From Escherichia coli (GTDB taxonomy: Bacteria > Pseudomonadota > Gammaproteobacteria > Enterobacterales > Enterobacteriaceae), in NCBI GenBank assembly GCA_902500055.1, contig GCA_902500055.1_4131.1: a stretch of 64,000 bases of DNA, one strand, 5' to 3'. Position numbers and translations under genes: made by a program. Below, piece after piece: positions 56,133 to 64,000 of the stretch. The notes beneath the pieces are model-generated. The model saw only the letters and a program-made list of their open reading frames with translations. It made no database searches and had not been told where the DNA came from. Position 1 is the stretch's first letter. Every line of letters begins with the position of its first letter.

Positions 56133-56315
56133 TTAATATGATAGTACTAGTGTTAGTACTGAGCACAATTGTTCTTTATAGTTCTTATGGTATATAGAAT
56201 CTTTTATGCACTCATTGAAGTGCCATAGGTATAATCTTGGGTCGCATTCTTTATATATTCTTACGGGGACGAATGTTAGTTTTCGTATATAGAATTCTTT
56301 ATGTTCTTTATTCAT
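56133..56315 (-). CDS. famC paralog
   Basis: 60 aa; MNKEHKEFYIRKL... Confidence 0.5.
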   Translation of the reverse strand: MNKEHKEFYIRKLTFVPVRIYKECDPRLYLWHFNECIKDSIYHKNYKEQLCSVLTLVLSY

Positions 56316-56316
56316 A

Positions 56317-56505
56317 TTAGTACCTGAATATAAGTAGGATTATGTTATAGTACTGGTTAGTACTGCAATGATTCTCTATACATCGATTAACAGTTATGGA
56401 ATAGCTATATCTGGCGTAAGCATTATCCAGCGGGATTTTACATTGAGCACTTAGAGAAAGTACAGTAGGTAGTGTATTCAAATAGAAGTCTTTGTAATTA
56501 TTCAT
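56317..56505 (-). CDS. famC paralog
   Basis: 62 aa; MNNYKDFYLNTL...IILLIFRY. Confidence 0.55.
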   Translation of the reverse strand: MNNYKDFYLNTLPTVLSLSAQCKIPLDNAYARYSYSITVNRCIENHCSTNQYYNIILLIFRY

Positions 56506-56707
56506 ACAGGAATAGTATACCTATGATACCTGAGTACAGGTTAGTACTGTTACCATCTTCGTTTGCGTTTAAAGTCATTTGAATACAATTATTGTAGCAT
56601 ACTCTGCCGAAAAATGTATTAGTACTTAAAGGTGGAGTAGTCCTTAGAAACATTTGTTCTGAGGGGCTGAGGTGTTTGGAGTAGTATTCTTTATGTTCTT
56701 TATTCAT
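56498..56707 (-). CDS. famC paralog
   Basis: 69 aa; MNKEHKEYYSKHL... Confidence 0.5.
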   Translation of the reverse strand: MNKEHKEYYSKHLSPSEQMFLRTTPPLSTNTFFGRVCYNNCIQMTLNANEDGNSTNLYSGIIGILFLYE

Positions 56708-56712
56708 ATTAG

Positions 56713-56898
56713 TTAGTGTCTGTATATAAGTAATAGTAAGAATACGTACTGCACTTGTTCATCTTTAGTATTGAGTACTGTACGTATTGCGTCATTAAAC
56801 AAGAATATAGTACTTGGGTCATGAGAATTTAAAGGGGTTCTGGGTACGGCATGTTTGTAGTTCCCTTTAACAAATTGTGTGTAGTATTCTCTATGCAT
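56713..56898 (-). CDS. famC paralog
   Basis: 61 aa; MHREYYTQFV...LLLLIYRH. Confidence 0.55.
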   Translation of the reverse strand: MHREYYTQFVKGNYKHAVPRTPLNSHDPSTIFLFNDAIRTVLNTKDEQVQYVFLLLLIYRH

Positions 56899-56899
56899 A

Positions 56900-57085
56900 T
56901 TAGTACCTATATATTAGGGCGATAATGTAGTACAATTCATATGGAATGTAATTTGGGGTGATCGCACACTGTGTATGGTAAATGAATTGTTCGGTATTTT
57001 TCTTATCCTTGATATCTATTGGGATTAGTGGTATAAGCATTTGGGAGTTTAGATCGAGATGGCTTAAGTAGAATTCTTTATGCAT
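56900..57085 (-). CDS. famC paralog
   Basis: 61 aa; MHKEFYLSHL...IIALIYRY. Confidence 0.55.
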   Translation of the reverse strand: MHKEFYLSHLDLNSQMLIPLIPIDIKDKKNTEQFIYHTQCAITPNYIPYELYYIIALIYRY

Positions 57086-57094
57086 ATTGTTCTT

Positions 57095-57283
57095 TTAGAA
57101 TACGAAAGCTAGGTACAGGGTATGATACAGTACTCGATGATAGCTATCAAAATCTAGTATACATGCTTTAGTGCACATAGTAAAGTACACTTTATCGTTT
57201 TGTGCAATGATACCGCGAGGTTTATCTAATAGATTAGTACTGAGGTACATTGGGAAATATTTTGTGTAGTATTCTTTATGCAT
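57095..57283 (-). CDS. famC paralog
   Basis: Track ORF trimmed to Met16 (MHKEYYTKYF...). Confidence 0.5.
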   Translation of the reverse strand: MHKEYYTKYFPMYLSTNLLDKPRGIIAQNDKVYFTMCTKACILDFDSYHRVLYHTLYLAFVF

Positions 57284-57284
57284 A

Positions 57285-57467
57285 TTAGTACCTGAATATA
57301 AGTAGGATAGTGTTATATAGCTGGTCATAACTACTACTATTTTCTATACTTCGTTCTATGCAGTTATTGAATCCCAGTACTGCCAAATCGTTATCCATAG
57401 GGACTTTGTATCTGGCGTAGTGTTCAAAAATGCTGGGGAGAAATTGTGTGTAGTATTCTTTGTGCAT
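57285..57467 (-). CDS. famC paralog
   Basis: 60 aa; MHKEYYTQFL...ILLIFRY. Confidence 0.55.
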   Translation of the reverse strand: MHKEYYTQFLPSIFEHYARYKVPMDNDLAVLGFNNCIERSIENSSSYDQLYNTILLIFRY

Positions 57468-57468
57468 A

Positions 57469-57660
57469 TTAGTACCTATATATTAGTAAAAGGATGTGAT
57501 ACAGTACTCGATTATAGTCTTCAATATATATCGAGGATTTAGTGCACTTAATGAAATAGTCTTTTTCGTAGTCTTTTTCTATACTCAATTGTTTTGTTGG
57601 TACAAGGTGTTGGAGATACATTGGGAGTTTCTCTATGTAGTATTCTTTGTGGTTATTCAT
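57469..57660 (-). CDS. famC paralog
   Basis: 63 aa; MNNHKEYYIEKL...ILLLIYRY. Confidence 0.55.
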   Translation of the reverse strand: MNNHKEYYIEKLPMYLQHLVPTKQLSIEKDYEKDYFIKCTKSSIYIEDYNRVLYHILLLIYRY

Positions 57661-57668
57661 ATTATGTG

Positions 57669-57848
57669 TTATTTCGTGAAAACAAGGGTTAGTACTGCAT
57701 AGTACAAGTCATACGTATCTTTAGGGTTAATAGCACCTTTAATACATTCTTTCATTACTTCATTATAGATAATTTTAGTACTGAATGTATTGGATGTTAC
57801 TATATCGGAATTAAGGTACGAGAGGTAGAATTCTTTATAAGTATTCAT
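57669..57848 (-). CDS. famC paralog (59 aa, below track cutoff)
   Basis: Hand-translated MNTYKEFYLSYL...AVLTLVFTK; coordinates approximate. Confidence 0.4.
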   Translation of the reverse strand: MNTYKEFYLSYLNSDIVTSNTFSTKIIYNEVMKECIKGAINPKDTYDLYYAVLTLVFTK

Positions 57849-57849
57849 A

Positions 57850-58032
57850 TTAGTACCTGAATGTTAGCATTACTACGTAGTACAGCATATATGGATTATC
57901 ATCGTATATGAGCGTGTACTTAGTACATTGTTGGAACATTATCTTTGCGTGATCTTTGATACCCAATGCAACGTTTGGTATATGGTGTTGTAGATGCATT
58001 GGGATTTTATCTTTGTAGTATTCTTTATACAT
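57850..58032 (-). CDS. famC paralog
   Basis: Track ORF trimmed to Met22 (MYKEYYKDKIP...VVMLTFRY). Confidence 0.5.
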   Translation of the reverse strand: MYKEYYKDKIPMHLQHHIPNVALGIKDHAKIMFQQCTKYTLIYDDNPYMLYYVVMLTFRY

Positions 58033-58684
58033 AGTTTGAAATATACGTAATGAGGTGATGAAATTTCTTATCAGTACTGATAAGTTCCTGTACATGTTTT
58101 GTTAGTTTGTACGCGTTTTTATAGAGTTCTGGATTATCGATTACAGTACTGTACATGAATTCTTCTTCTGGTGTTAATTCTTTGTTTTGTAGTTCTTTGA
58201 GGAATTGCAGTACTGTATCAGTTTCGTTAGTACGTTGCTTTTGGAAGAAGTGCATGTTATCGTGTATTTTTTCTGAACCCATGCAGTACATATCGCCGAT
58301 TTGGAATTGTGCAGTACTGATATCATGGGTGCTATTACAATTCCCGAAGAAGTATACATTCCCGAAAGATAGAATTATAGTGCACGGGATATTATCCATG
58401 TGTATATAGATAGATGCATTCTTTAGTGCTTTTGTGCTGGTATTAGTACTCAATACTTTTAAATCAGTATGATAGATATTAATAAAAGCAAGAGCTATAT
58501 TATTTTTCTTCAAGTACGATTTGAGGTTCTTAGATACGAGAACATTTCTGGATTTTTTCTTTTTATTTCGTTTCTTTAGTACATTAGGGTGATACGTATA
58601 TGCAGATGTAATAGATTCTGCTTGAATACTGTTGAGGTACTTAAAGTGCTTAAGGTATTGTTTGCTGTGTGCATTAAGTTTCAT
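58025..58684 (-). CDS. hypothetical protein with famA-like core, embedded in famC array
   Basis: 219 aa; EEEFMYSTVIDNPELY resembles the famA core. Confidence 0.5.
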   Translation of the reverse strand: MKLNAHSKQYLKHFKYLNSIQAESITSAYTYHPNVLKKRNKKKKSRNVLVSKNLKSYLKKNNIALAFINIYHTDLKVLSTNTSTKALKNASIYIHMDNIPCTIILSFGNVYFFGNCNSTHDISTAQFQIGDMYCMGSEKIHDNMHFFQKQRTNETDTVLQFLKELQNKELTPEEEFMYSTVIDNPELYKNAYKLTKHVQELISTDKKFHHLITYISNYV

Positions 58685-58694
58685 TTGGTTTCCT

Positions 58695-58874
58695 TTATAC
58701 AGATGCTAGTGCGAGGATTTCCCTGAAGGGATTATCTTTTGTTAGTGCGTGATGAATGCAGCTATTGAGATTAATATTTTTAGTACTGTTAGTTGCCAGG
58801 TTGTAGTACTTCACGAAGGTGTCGTACATGAAACGGTCTTTAATGCTTATGTGTTCTATATAGTATTCTTGCAT
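58695..58874 (-). CDS. famC paralog
   Basis: Track ORF trimmed to Met26 (MQEYYIEHIS...). Confidence 0.5.
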   Translation of the reverse strand: MQEYYIEHISIKDRFMYDTFVKYYNLATNSTKNINLNSCIHHALTKDNPFREILALASV

Positions 58875-58882
58875 ATTATTCC

Positions 58883-59062
58883 TTACATAGAGATGAGTTT
58901 CAGTACTTCTCTGTACGTGTACTTTTCGTTTTGTGCTTCTACTGTACATGATAGAAAGTATCGTTTTTTATCTCTTTTGTTCCCGACTGTGTAGTACCTT
59001 TGGAATTTATTATAGTTGTATCTATCTTTGTGCTGAAGTTTATAGATATAGAATTCTTGCAT
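58883..59062 (-). CDS. famC paralog (59 aa, below track cutoff)
   Basis: Hand-translated MQEFYIYKLQ...REVLKLISM; coordinates approximate. Confidence 0.4.
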   Translation of the reverse strand: MQEFYIYKLQHKDRYNYNKFQRYYTVGNKRDKKRYFLSCTVEAQNEKYTYREVLKLISM

Positions 59063-59070
59063 AGAGTACC

Positions 59071-59256
59071 TTAGATAGAGATTAGTTTCAGTACTTCAAT
59101 ATATGTGCGGTACTCTGCTTTAATTAAATTTGTACACACTGTAAGGGAATTTCTTTGTATAAGTTTATTGCCGCTTTTATACGCATTTCTCCACACATAG
59201 AGATGAGATCTTTCTGGCATAGATAGTTTATTTGTATAGTACTCAAATGTATTCAT
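59071..59256 (-). CDS. famC paralog
   Basis: Track ORF trimmed to Met8 (MNTFEYYTNKL...IEVLKLISI). Confidence 0.5.
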   Translation of the reverse strand: MNTFEYYTNKLSMPERSHLYVWRNAYKSGNKLIQRNSLTVCTNLIKAEYRTYIEVLKLISI

Positions 59257-59266
59257 AGTATTCTCT

Positions 59267-59452
59267 TTACATATCAATAAGTTTCAGTACTGCTCTGTAC
59301 GTGTACTTAGTTGTTAGTGTTTCTTTTATAGCAGTACTGAAGTAATGTTGTTTGTCCCTTATACTACCGCGTTTGTAGTACCATACATGGGAGTTGTGGG
59401 TGTACTTGTCCCTGTCGGATAGATTTTGGTAATAGTATAATATATGATTCAT
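59267..59452 (-). CDS. famC paralog
   Basis: 61 aa; MNHILYYYQNL...RAVLKLIDM. Confidence 0.5.
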   Translation of the reverse strand: MNHILYYYQNLSDRDKYTHNSHVWYYKRGSIRDKQHYFSTAIKETLTTKYTYRAVLKLIDM

Positions 59453-59652
59453 GGTAATGTAATTAGCCTTATTATGTTAAAGTACTCGGTTCCTGGTACA
59501 CCTTGTAGAATATTATCAACTACATTTTCTTGGTGCAGGATTAATACATTCGGTGCGGTTCTTTTAAGGTTTTTTAAAGTACTGTATTCTTGTTTAAGGA
59601 TGAACTGTACATCTTTAGGGAGAATATCTAAGTAGTACTGGTGTATGTTCAT
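59449..59652 (-). CDS. famC paralog
   Basis: Track ORF trimmed to Met4 (MNIHQYYLDILP...). Confidence 0.5.
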   Translation of the reverse strand: MNIHQYYLDILPKDVQFILKQEYSTLKNLKRTAPNVLILHQENVVDNILQGVPGTEYFNIIRLITLP

Positions 59653-59672
59653 AGTTTTCATATAGTACTCTT

Positions 59673-59858
59673 TTAGAACTTAAAGATGAGGTTCATGATA
59701 GATAAGTACTTAGTTTCAGGAAATTGATGTTCTATTGCATAACGTGTCTCCAGTCTGAAGTCAAATTTATAAAAGGGACTATTCATATCCATAGGTTCAT
59801 TGGGAAATGAATCTCTGTATTGTTTGTGCAGCTTACTACAGTAGAATTCTTTATACAT
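59673..59858 (-). CDS. famC paralog
   Basis: 61 aa; MYKEFYCSKL...IMNLIFKF. Confidence 0.5.
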   Translation of the reverse strand: MYKEFYCSKLHKQYRDSFPNEPMDMNSPFYKFDFRLETRYAIEHQFPETKYLSIMNLIFKF

Positions 59859-59859
59859 A

Positions 59860-60063
59860 TTAGTGCTCGATTAAAAGGGTTAGGATGTAATAGTATTGCA
59901 TACTTTCTACCCCTTGTACAGCATTTCTTATTTTATTATTCCTGTACGAGTTCAAGAGTTTAGGACAATGTTTGAAGTTTATATAATTATTTTGTGTATA
60001 CAGTAGGCTTTCTCGTAGACCTTTTGTTGGTAGTGCATCGATGTAGTACTGTTCAATGTTCAT
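59860..60063 (-). CDS. famC paralog
   Basis: Track ORF trimmed to Met4 (MNIEQYYIDALP...ILTLLIEH). Confidence 0.5.
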   Translation of the reverse strand: MNIEQYYIDALPTKGLRESLLYTQNNYINFKHCPKLLNSYRNNKIRNAVQGVESMQYYYILTLLIEH

Positions 60064-60068
60064 AGTGT

Positions 60069-60296
60069 TCATAGAGCTACCAGTACTAAGATTTTTGATA
60101 ATTGTTTATTGCTATCCCCGCAGATGGTGCTGTGTAAAATACTCACTACAAGGGTATCAAGTGCATTGTTCAGCATAAGGTTACATCCAGTACTGTTATG
60201 TGTTTTTAGCTCTATTAGCCACGAACAATCCGCGAGAAACTTACCGTACTCTAGTTCATTTAGAGTATTAATGTAGTACTTAAGTGTAGCTGTCAT
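60069..60296 (-). CDS. famC-like protein (first gene of array)
   Basis: Track ORF trimmed to Met19 (MTATLKYYINTLNE...). Confidence 0.45.
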   Translation of the reverse strand: MTATLKYYINTLNELEYGKFLADCSWLIELKTHNSTGCNLMLNNALDTLVVSILHSTICGDSNKQLSKILVLVAL

Positions 60297-60398
60297 GTGT
60301 AGTTCTCCTTGTATTCCTTCTATAGTACACCAGTACTGAAAGGATGTCAAGGGTTTTGTTTATGGGGTAAATATGATATAATGAATAAAGGAGGAAAT

Positions 60399-61304
60399 AT
60401 GTTACCTTTTGTTAGAATGTTTGATTATGGGAATGAAGCTCCATTACCAGCCCCAAATGGTGGTATACGAACTCAATTTACCACATCACCAGTACCTTCA
60501 GCACGAAATAACTTTGGTTATACGTATGATGCATCAAGAAATACTGCTTATATATTTGGTGGTATAATGAATACTTCGAACCAGGATAATCAGTTATGGA
60601 GTTTTAATTTAAATTCTAGAATATGGGTACAATTATCATCACCACCAGTATCCACCTATGGAAGTGCATTGTGTGCCTATCAAGGAAAAATATATTTGTT
60701 CGGTGGTTTAGGTGCAGCGAATGTTGCTAATAATAATTTTTATGTATATGACATAAGCTCTGATACATGGACACTGAATAATACAAGTGTTGGCAAACCT
60801 AACCAGGCAGTATATAGTAAGATGATTACTACAGGGGATAAGATATATTTGTGGGGTTCACCGTCTAATACTGCATTATATAGTTATACGCCGAGTACTA
60901 ATACATGGGCATCGTTAGGTACTACTGGGAATACAACAAACAATGGTGGTGGTGATATGTGCACTGATGGTACTTACATATATTTTACAGGACAAGGATC
61001 TACTCCTGCACAAAAATATCACATAGAGAGTGCGGTTTGGTCAAGAATGGCAGCAGTTGGTGGAGCTAACCCTAGTAAGATAATTTACAATAGATATGAC
61101 AAAGGTATATATGCAGTATCTTATGGTGCATTAAATTTATTAAAATATGATGCCGAGCAAAACAAATGGATACCATTAGCTATCAATACAACGTTGAGTA
61201 ATAGTACTGGTGCATTATTTGGCTCTAATAATAGTGCTGAAATATTTTACGTACTTGGTTACGACAACGGGACACGTGTTAATACGCAGTATGTTTTTAA
61301 ATAA
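60399..61304 (+). CDS. famD: Kelch-like beta-propeller protein with conserved MLPFVRMFDYGNEAP N-terminus
   Basis: Start set at ATG after AAAGGAGG; Kelch-like periodicity AYIFGG...LWSF, KIYLFGGLG...DTWT, KIYLWG...NTWA. Confidence 0.6.
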   Translation: MLPFVRMFDYGNEAPLPAPNGGIRTQFTTSPVPSARNNFGYTYDASRNTAYIFGGIMNTSNQDNQLWSFNLNSRIWVQLSSPPVSTYGSALCAYQGKIYLFGGLGAANVANNNFYVYDISSDTWTLNNTSVGKPNQAVYSKMITTGDKIYLWGSPSNTALYSYTPSTNTWASLGTTGNTTNNGGGDMCTDGTYIYFTGQGSTPAQKYHIESAVWSRMAAVGGANPSKIIYNRYDKGIYAVSYGALNLLKYDAEQNKWIPLAINTTLSNSTGALFGSNNSAEIFYVLGYDNGTRVNTQYVFK

Positions 61305-61316
61305 TTTGGAGGAAAT

Positions 61317-62466
61317 ATGTTACCTTTTGTAAGAATGTTTGATTATGGGAATGAAGCACCTACCAACTCTGGGCGTTTTAAAATATATTCCAGTGATTCT
61401 ATGTATCTTCATGATACTTATACTGATAAGTTGTATGCATCTTCTGCGACGAATTGGGGTACTGGTACAGGTGTAGCATCGAGTAAATTTATTCTTTGTG
61501 CGGAGAATGTTAAACGAGTTCTATTGGAAGATAACAGTAGTGATTGTCAATTGTATGAAGAGAAAGGTACTGGAAAAGTTTTTATCACTGGTAACACGAA
61601 GGCATTCACTGGTGTAACTGATAGAAAAACTTTGTGGACGGACTGTACTACGTGGATAACATCAAGTGGTATTAATGTTTCTGATATAAAATACATGAGT
61701 AGTTTTTATGATATGAAGGTGAATTTGATAACAAACGATGGTACATTGTATTGTTGTGGAACTAACAATATATCGAACATATCATCATTTGGTGATGGCA
61801 CAAACATTAATTCTTTTAACACATTCAAAAGAGTAGATACTATAACTTCGGTTAAAAAGGCAGTTGGTAACATTTATTTGCGAGAAGATAATACTTTATG
61901 GGGTTGTGGTTTTAACTATTACTACCAGTTGGGTACTGGTAATCAAACTTCGATTACTGGGGTGACGATGATTTCTTCGGATGTTATAGATTTTGATGTA
62001 AGTTATCAGAGTACATTTTTTTATCAAATCGGATAATAATTTGTACGCATGTGGGAAGCAGTACGGAGCACAATATGGTAATGAATTTGGCACAGGTGGA
62101 ACATCTACTAGTACTGATATTCAATACAAGACTCCTACATTATTGAGTACAGGGGTATATGGTGTATATGCATGTGTTGCTAACATGGCATCACATATTG
62201 TCAAAGCAGATGAAGTTCTATATGCTTCTGGATCGAATGGGTTTGGGCAATTAGGTGTTGGTAATAATAATAATCAGTACTCCTATACTCCTTCATATAC
62301 TTCGTTTAATACTTCGTGTAATTTGGTACGCACTCCATCTGGTTCACTTATACTTACTGACACTTCGAAGTTATATTATTCGGGTGCTTCATTTGTAGTA
62401 ATGGGTGGTAGTGCTGGACAGAACGTTCTTAATTATACCGAAGTCGATATGTCATTTGTGCAGTAA
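61317..62466 (+). pseudogene. famD: RCC1-like repeat protein split by a frameshift in a T7 run
   Basis: ORFs 61317..62036 and 62041..62466 both carry RCC1-like repeats (LYCCGTNN, LWGCGFNYYYQLGTGN; LYACGKQYG, LYASGSNGFGQLGVGN); a 1-nt shift in TTTTTTT at 62016-62022 joins them. Confidence 0.5.
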
Positions 62467-62475
62467 ATTAATATA

Positions 62476-62500
62476 CCAGTACTTGATACTGGCTTTTTTT
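62476..62500 (+). terminator. intrinsic terminator
   Basis: Hairpin CCAGTA-CTTGA-TACTGG followed by TTTTTTT. Confidence 0.6.
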
Positions 62501-62534
62501 GATTAAATATAGTATAATGAATAAAGGAGGAAAT

Positions 62535-63644
62535 ATGTTACCTTTTGTAAGAATGGTTAAGTACGGGAATATTGCACCAGTACCGAAAAAAATAAAGAAA
62601 GTTATAGCAGGATATGATAATTTATATGTACTATATGGTGATGGTTCGCTATATGGTTGTGGAATCAATAACTATCAACAGTTAAATATTGATGGAACTG
62701 CTACACAAAATAATTGGGTACTAATTACCAATGGTGTTAGTAATGCATGGGCTGGTGGATACAATATTTTATATTTGAAAGAAGATAAATTTATAATGCA
62801 CGGAACTAATGTCTCATTAGGTTTAGGAAATACTACAATTCCATTAGGTGGAGTAGATGTAACTTCTTCATTCCCAGATATCTCTAATATTAAAATGATA
62901 TCCATTGGTTTTGATTCAATGCACTATGTTAGTGCTGATGGTACAACTGTATATGGAAGAGGTATGAACACAAATGGTTCTGTTGGTTCAGGTAGTACTT
63001 ACTCACAGAGTACTTTCACTTCAGTACTGAATAATGGAACTAATCAGGTTATTGATATATTTGGTAACGTTAATAATACAGTGCTTCTAACATCGAATGG
63101 TGAGCTTCGAGCATGTGGGACAAGTGCTTATGGTTCTATAGGAAATGAAACTGGTAAGTGGACATCGTTTGGTTTAAAATTATCTGGCACTAAAATAATG
63201 GGTGGTAATGGGTATAGTACGCTTGCATATACAAATTCGGGAATGTACCACTCAGGGTGGCAGTTAAATGGGGAACTAGGAAATGGTTTAGATACTAACG
63301 TACAGGTATATCCATTTCAATTTAACTCTAAAACGATAGATAGCAAGATAGATAAAATTGCCAAATCATCATCTGGGTCATATGTTAACATGTACTCAAC
63401 AACAGAAGGAAAGATATATACGACAGGTTCGTTTGGTAAAAACGGGTCAACTACTGCATTGAATTTGTTCACCAATACATTAACACTTATAAATTACAAT
63501 CCAGATACCGCCTCGTTGTATACGTGCACAAACTTCAGTGTTGTGTATGATGGTAATGAAACTATTGCTGTAAGTGGTAGTCCTACATATGTACCAGGGG
63601 GCGTTGCCGCTAATAGATGGACTACAATTCCATTACCCAAGTAA
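62535..63644 (+). CDS. famD: RCC1-like repeat beta-propeller protein with MLPFVRMVKYGN N-terminus
   Basis: Start at ATG after AAAGGAGG; repeats LYGCGINNYQQLNIDG, VYGRGMNTNGSVGSG, LRACGTSAYGSIGNE, MYHSGWQLNGELGNG. Confidence 0.6.
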   Translation: MLPFVRMVKYGNIAPVPKKIKKVIAGYDNLYVLYGDGSLYGCGINNYQQLNIDGTATQNNWVLITNGVSNAWAGGYNILYLKEDKFIMHGTNVSLGLGNTTIPLGGVDVTSSFPDISNIKMISIGFDSMHYVSADGTTVYGRGMNTNGSVGSGSTYSQSTFTSVLNNGTNQVIDIFGNVNNTVLLTSNGELRACGTSAYGSIGNETGKWTSFGLKLSGTKIMGGNGYSTLAYTNSGMYHSGWQLNGELGNGLDTNVQVYPFQFNSKTIDSKIDKIAKSSSGSYVNMYSTTEGKIYTTGSFGKNGSTTALNLFTNTLTLINYNPDTASLYTCTNFSVVYDGNETIAVSGSPTYVPGGVAANRWTTIPLPK

Positions 63645-63651
63645 TACTATG

Positions 63652-63676
63652 CCAGTACTTGATACTGGCTTTTTTT
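63652..63676 (+). terminator. intrinsic terminator
   Basis: Same hairpin CCAGTACTTGATACTGG plus T-run as at 62476. Confidence 0.6.
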
Positions 63677-63711
63677 GATTAAATATAGTATAATGAATAA
63701 AGGAGGGAATT

Positions 63712-64000
63712 ATGTTACCTTTTGTTAGAATGTTTGATTATGGGAATATAATCGAAGTTAATAATATAAAGAAAAGTGTTGTTAGTTACACTCTTGAAAT
63801 GTTTCTAATGCAAGATGGCACTGTATATGCACACGGTGAAGATTCAAACTATAATGCGGGTTTAAGTACAAAGTTTGTATCGTTAGGAGCAGTTCAACAA
63901 ATCACAACTGAAGTTGATGACTTATGGTTAGGATCGTTTTCCGTTGTTATTAAAGGTGATAAAATATATGGTTCAGGTTCAACATATGCATTCACGAATT
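63712..64000 (+). CDS. famD: RCC1-like repeat protein, 3' end beyond window
   Basis: Starts MLPFVRMFDYGNIIEV after the conserved cassette (here AAGGAGGG); VYAHGEDSNYNAGL, IYGSGS; open to window end. Confidence 0.5.
   Translation, partial: MLPFVRMFDYGNIIEVNNIKKSVVSYTLEMFLMQDGTVYAHGEDSNYNAGLSTKFVSLGAVQQITTEVDDLWLGSFSVVIKGDKIYGSGSTYAFTN

Noticed and set aside
55926-60296. CRISPR array interpretation of the tandem ~190-bp units
   Set aside because: Units are far longer than CRISPR repeat-spacer units, encode conserved small proteins in one frame, and lack short identical direct repeats separated by unique spacers
1-64000. Assigning the window to a specific named phage or host
   Set aside because: The sigma70-consensus promoters and strong AAGGAGG sites fit several host groups; without a database search I cannot support a name

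Overview
The window reads as wall-to-wall accessory DNA of a large, AT-rich virulent phage (roughly one-third G+C by eye); I cannot name the phage. Nearly all coding is on the minus strand from 1 to ~60.3 kb, then switches to the plus strand. I recognise no capsid, tail, replication or tRNA genes. Content, in order: (1) famA, about 46 clear plus several degenerate tandem paralogs of 100-230 aa sharing an acidic-aromatic F-Q-x-S core (0.4-29 kb); (2) famB, 31 small paralogs of 52-92 aa with an LGTNYQE core (mainly 29.1-35.0 kb); (3) an early-like cluster of about 50 small genes (35.2-53.9 kb) each served by a near-identical sigma70-type promoter (TTGACA/TTGCAT, 16-17 bp spacer containing AGTACT, TATAAT) and usually a 5' leader hairpin; (4) a ~2 kb ORF-free region (53.9-55.9 kb) with direct repeats and short plus-strand promoter units; (5) famC, 19 paralogs of about 60 aa (55.9-60.3 kb); (6) famD, plus-strand Kelch/RCC1-like beta-propeller genes sharing a conserved 5' cassette and N-terminus MLPFVRMFDYGN. 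Recognisable products: a Hanks-type protein kinase, a GNAT acetyltransferase, a TraR/DksA-type zinc finger, a signal-peptide protein. The most unusual features are the multigene arrays and the propeller cassette; none matches a system I can name. Coordinates of ORFs I translated by hand (below the track size cutoff) and of regulatory sites are approximate to a few nt. No searches were run.
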